Below, one piece after another: positions 25,527-26,234 of a stretch of DNA of 26,234 bases. A program made the translations under genes and the position numbers. The notes beneath the pieces were generated by a model that saw nothing but the letters and a program-made list of their open reading frames with translations, ran no database searches and had not been told where the DNA came from. The DNA is taken from contig DYJQ01000001.1 of NCBI GenBank assembly GCA_020723045.1, forward strand, positions 7,987-34,220, in the 5' to 3' direction. Source of the DNA: Candidatus Micrarchaeum sp. GTDB taxonomy: Archaea; Micrarchaeota; Micrarchaeia; CAILAH01. How positions within the stretch are numbered: the stretch's first letter is position 1; each line of letters starts with the position of its first letter.

Positions 25527-26099
25527 CTATTTATAAAATACAATATTCTCTTCATTATCACTCGGCATGTGCCTTGCATATAATATGCCAAATATGAGAC
25601 CGCCAAGGTGTGCGGCACTTGCAATACCTGAATATGGGTTGAACGTACCCAGCAGCTCAAGTATGATCCACACTGCCGCTGCTTCACGCATTCTCATTGG
25701 GAAAAACATAACGTAAACTACGAGGTTGGGTGTGAGTACAGTCATCGCGCCCAGTATTCCGTAGATCCCGCCACTCGCACCCAGTGCCGGTACTGGTGGT
25801 GCAAATCCAGTTACTATTGTCGCATAATATAATACCGAACCGATTATGCCAGCCGCAATGAATACTAGTAGGAGCTTAATAGCACCGATTCTTCTCTCAA
25901 GTATTGGCGCGAACATGAGCATAGCGAGCATGTTAAAGAAGAGGTGCTCCACACCCTCATGCACGAACATTGAAGTCAGGAACCTCCAGGGTTGTGATAA
26001 TGCAAGCAAAGGGTCAAATATGAGGGCTTCTGTCACGCCCGGGATCATCTGCATGAAGAAGATTGCGACCATCAATCCAATCAAGTAGAATGAGAGCAT
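25527..26099 (-). CDS. Rhomboid family intramembrane serine protease
   Basis: PWRFLTSMFVH, HLFFNM, GASG (catalytic Ser), AHLGG (catalytic His). Confidence 0.95.
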   Translation of the reverse strand: MLSFYLIGLMVAIFFMQMIPGVTEALIFDPLLALSQPWRFLTSMFVHEGVEHLFFNMLAMLMFAPILERRIGAIKLLLVFIAAGIIGSVLYYATIVTGFAPPVPALGASGGIYGILGAMTVLTPNLVVYVMFFPMRMREAAAVWIILELLGTFNPYSGIASAAHLGGLIFGILYARHMPSDNEENIVFYK

Positions 26100-26116
26100 G
26101 GGCTAATATGAAATCT

Positions 26117-26128
26117 GATATATTAAAA
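26117..26128. promoter_or_regulatory. AT-rich TATA element between divergent rhomboid and tRNA genes
   Basis: ATATATTAAAAA lies roughly 20-35 bp from both the rhomboid ATG (26099) and the tRNA 5' end (26154). Confidence 0.45.
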
Positions 26129-26153
26129 ACTTAGTGTGTGATAAATTACTCAC

Positions 26154-26234
26154 GGGCCCGTAGCTCAGCCTGGACAGAGCGGCAGCCTTCTAAGAGTTTC
26201 TTTAGGGATGCCTAAAGAACCTCGTAAGAAAACT
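26154..26234 (+). tRNA. tRNA-Arg(TCT), 5' part, interrupted by an intron after the anticodon; truncated by the window end
   Basis: GGGCCCG acceptor, TA, GCTC-AGCCTGGACA-GAGC D arm, G, GCAGC stem, CT-TCT-A (anticodon 26189-26191). The expected GCTGC is replaced by an insert with a 9-bp hairpin TTCTTTAGG-GATG-CCTAAAGAA. Confidence 0.85.

Noticed and set aside
1-26234. CRISPR array, IS/transposase, integrase, rRNA
   Set aside because: No regularly spaced repeats, recombinase motifs or rRNA-like sequence; coding density is continuous

Overview
Archaeal chromosomal segment (~48% GC by eye; GGAGG/GGTGA Shine-Dalgarno sites, TTTAWA TATA boxes, several apparently leaderless genes). The compact genes, nuclease-only XPF, archaeal-type SHMT/PheRS/EF-1beta and intron-containing tRNA are consistent with a DPANN (Micrarchaeota-like) organism; this taxonomy is inference. 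Housekeeping genes: glyA, cysS, pheS/pheT, K+-independent H+-PPase (hppA), cdc48, M24 peptidase, smc, XPF/ERCC4, aEF-1beta, rhomboid and a partial tRNA-Arg(TCT) with an intron. They are interleaved with about 10 hypothetical genes. No CRISPR array, transposase or integrase was seen. Best leads: (1) a helically phased triple TGTCATGACA operator between a coiled-coil/wHTH gene and a divergent operon of a UPF0175-like HTH protein, a DUF3368-like PIN protein and XPF, possibly a regulated nucleic-acid stress module; (2) a cdc48(HbYX), membrane SH3-like protein and site-2 protease operon resembling a 'split FtsH' membrane quality-control unit; (3) a HicB antitoxin relic missed by the ORF track upstream of an smc with no recognisable scpA/scpB in the window.
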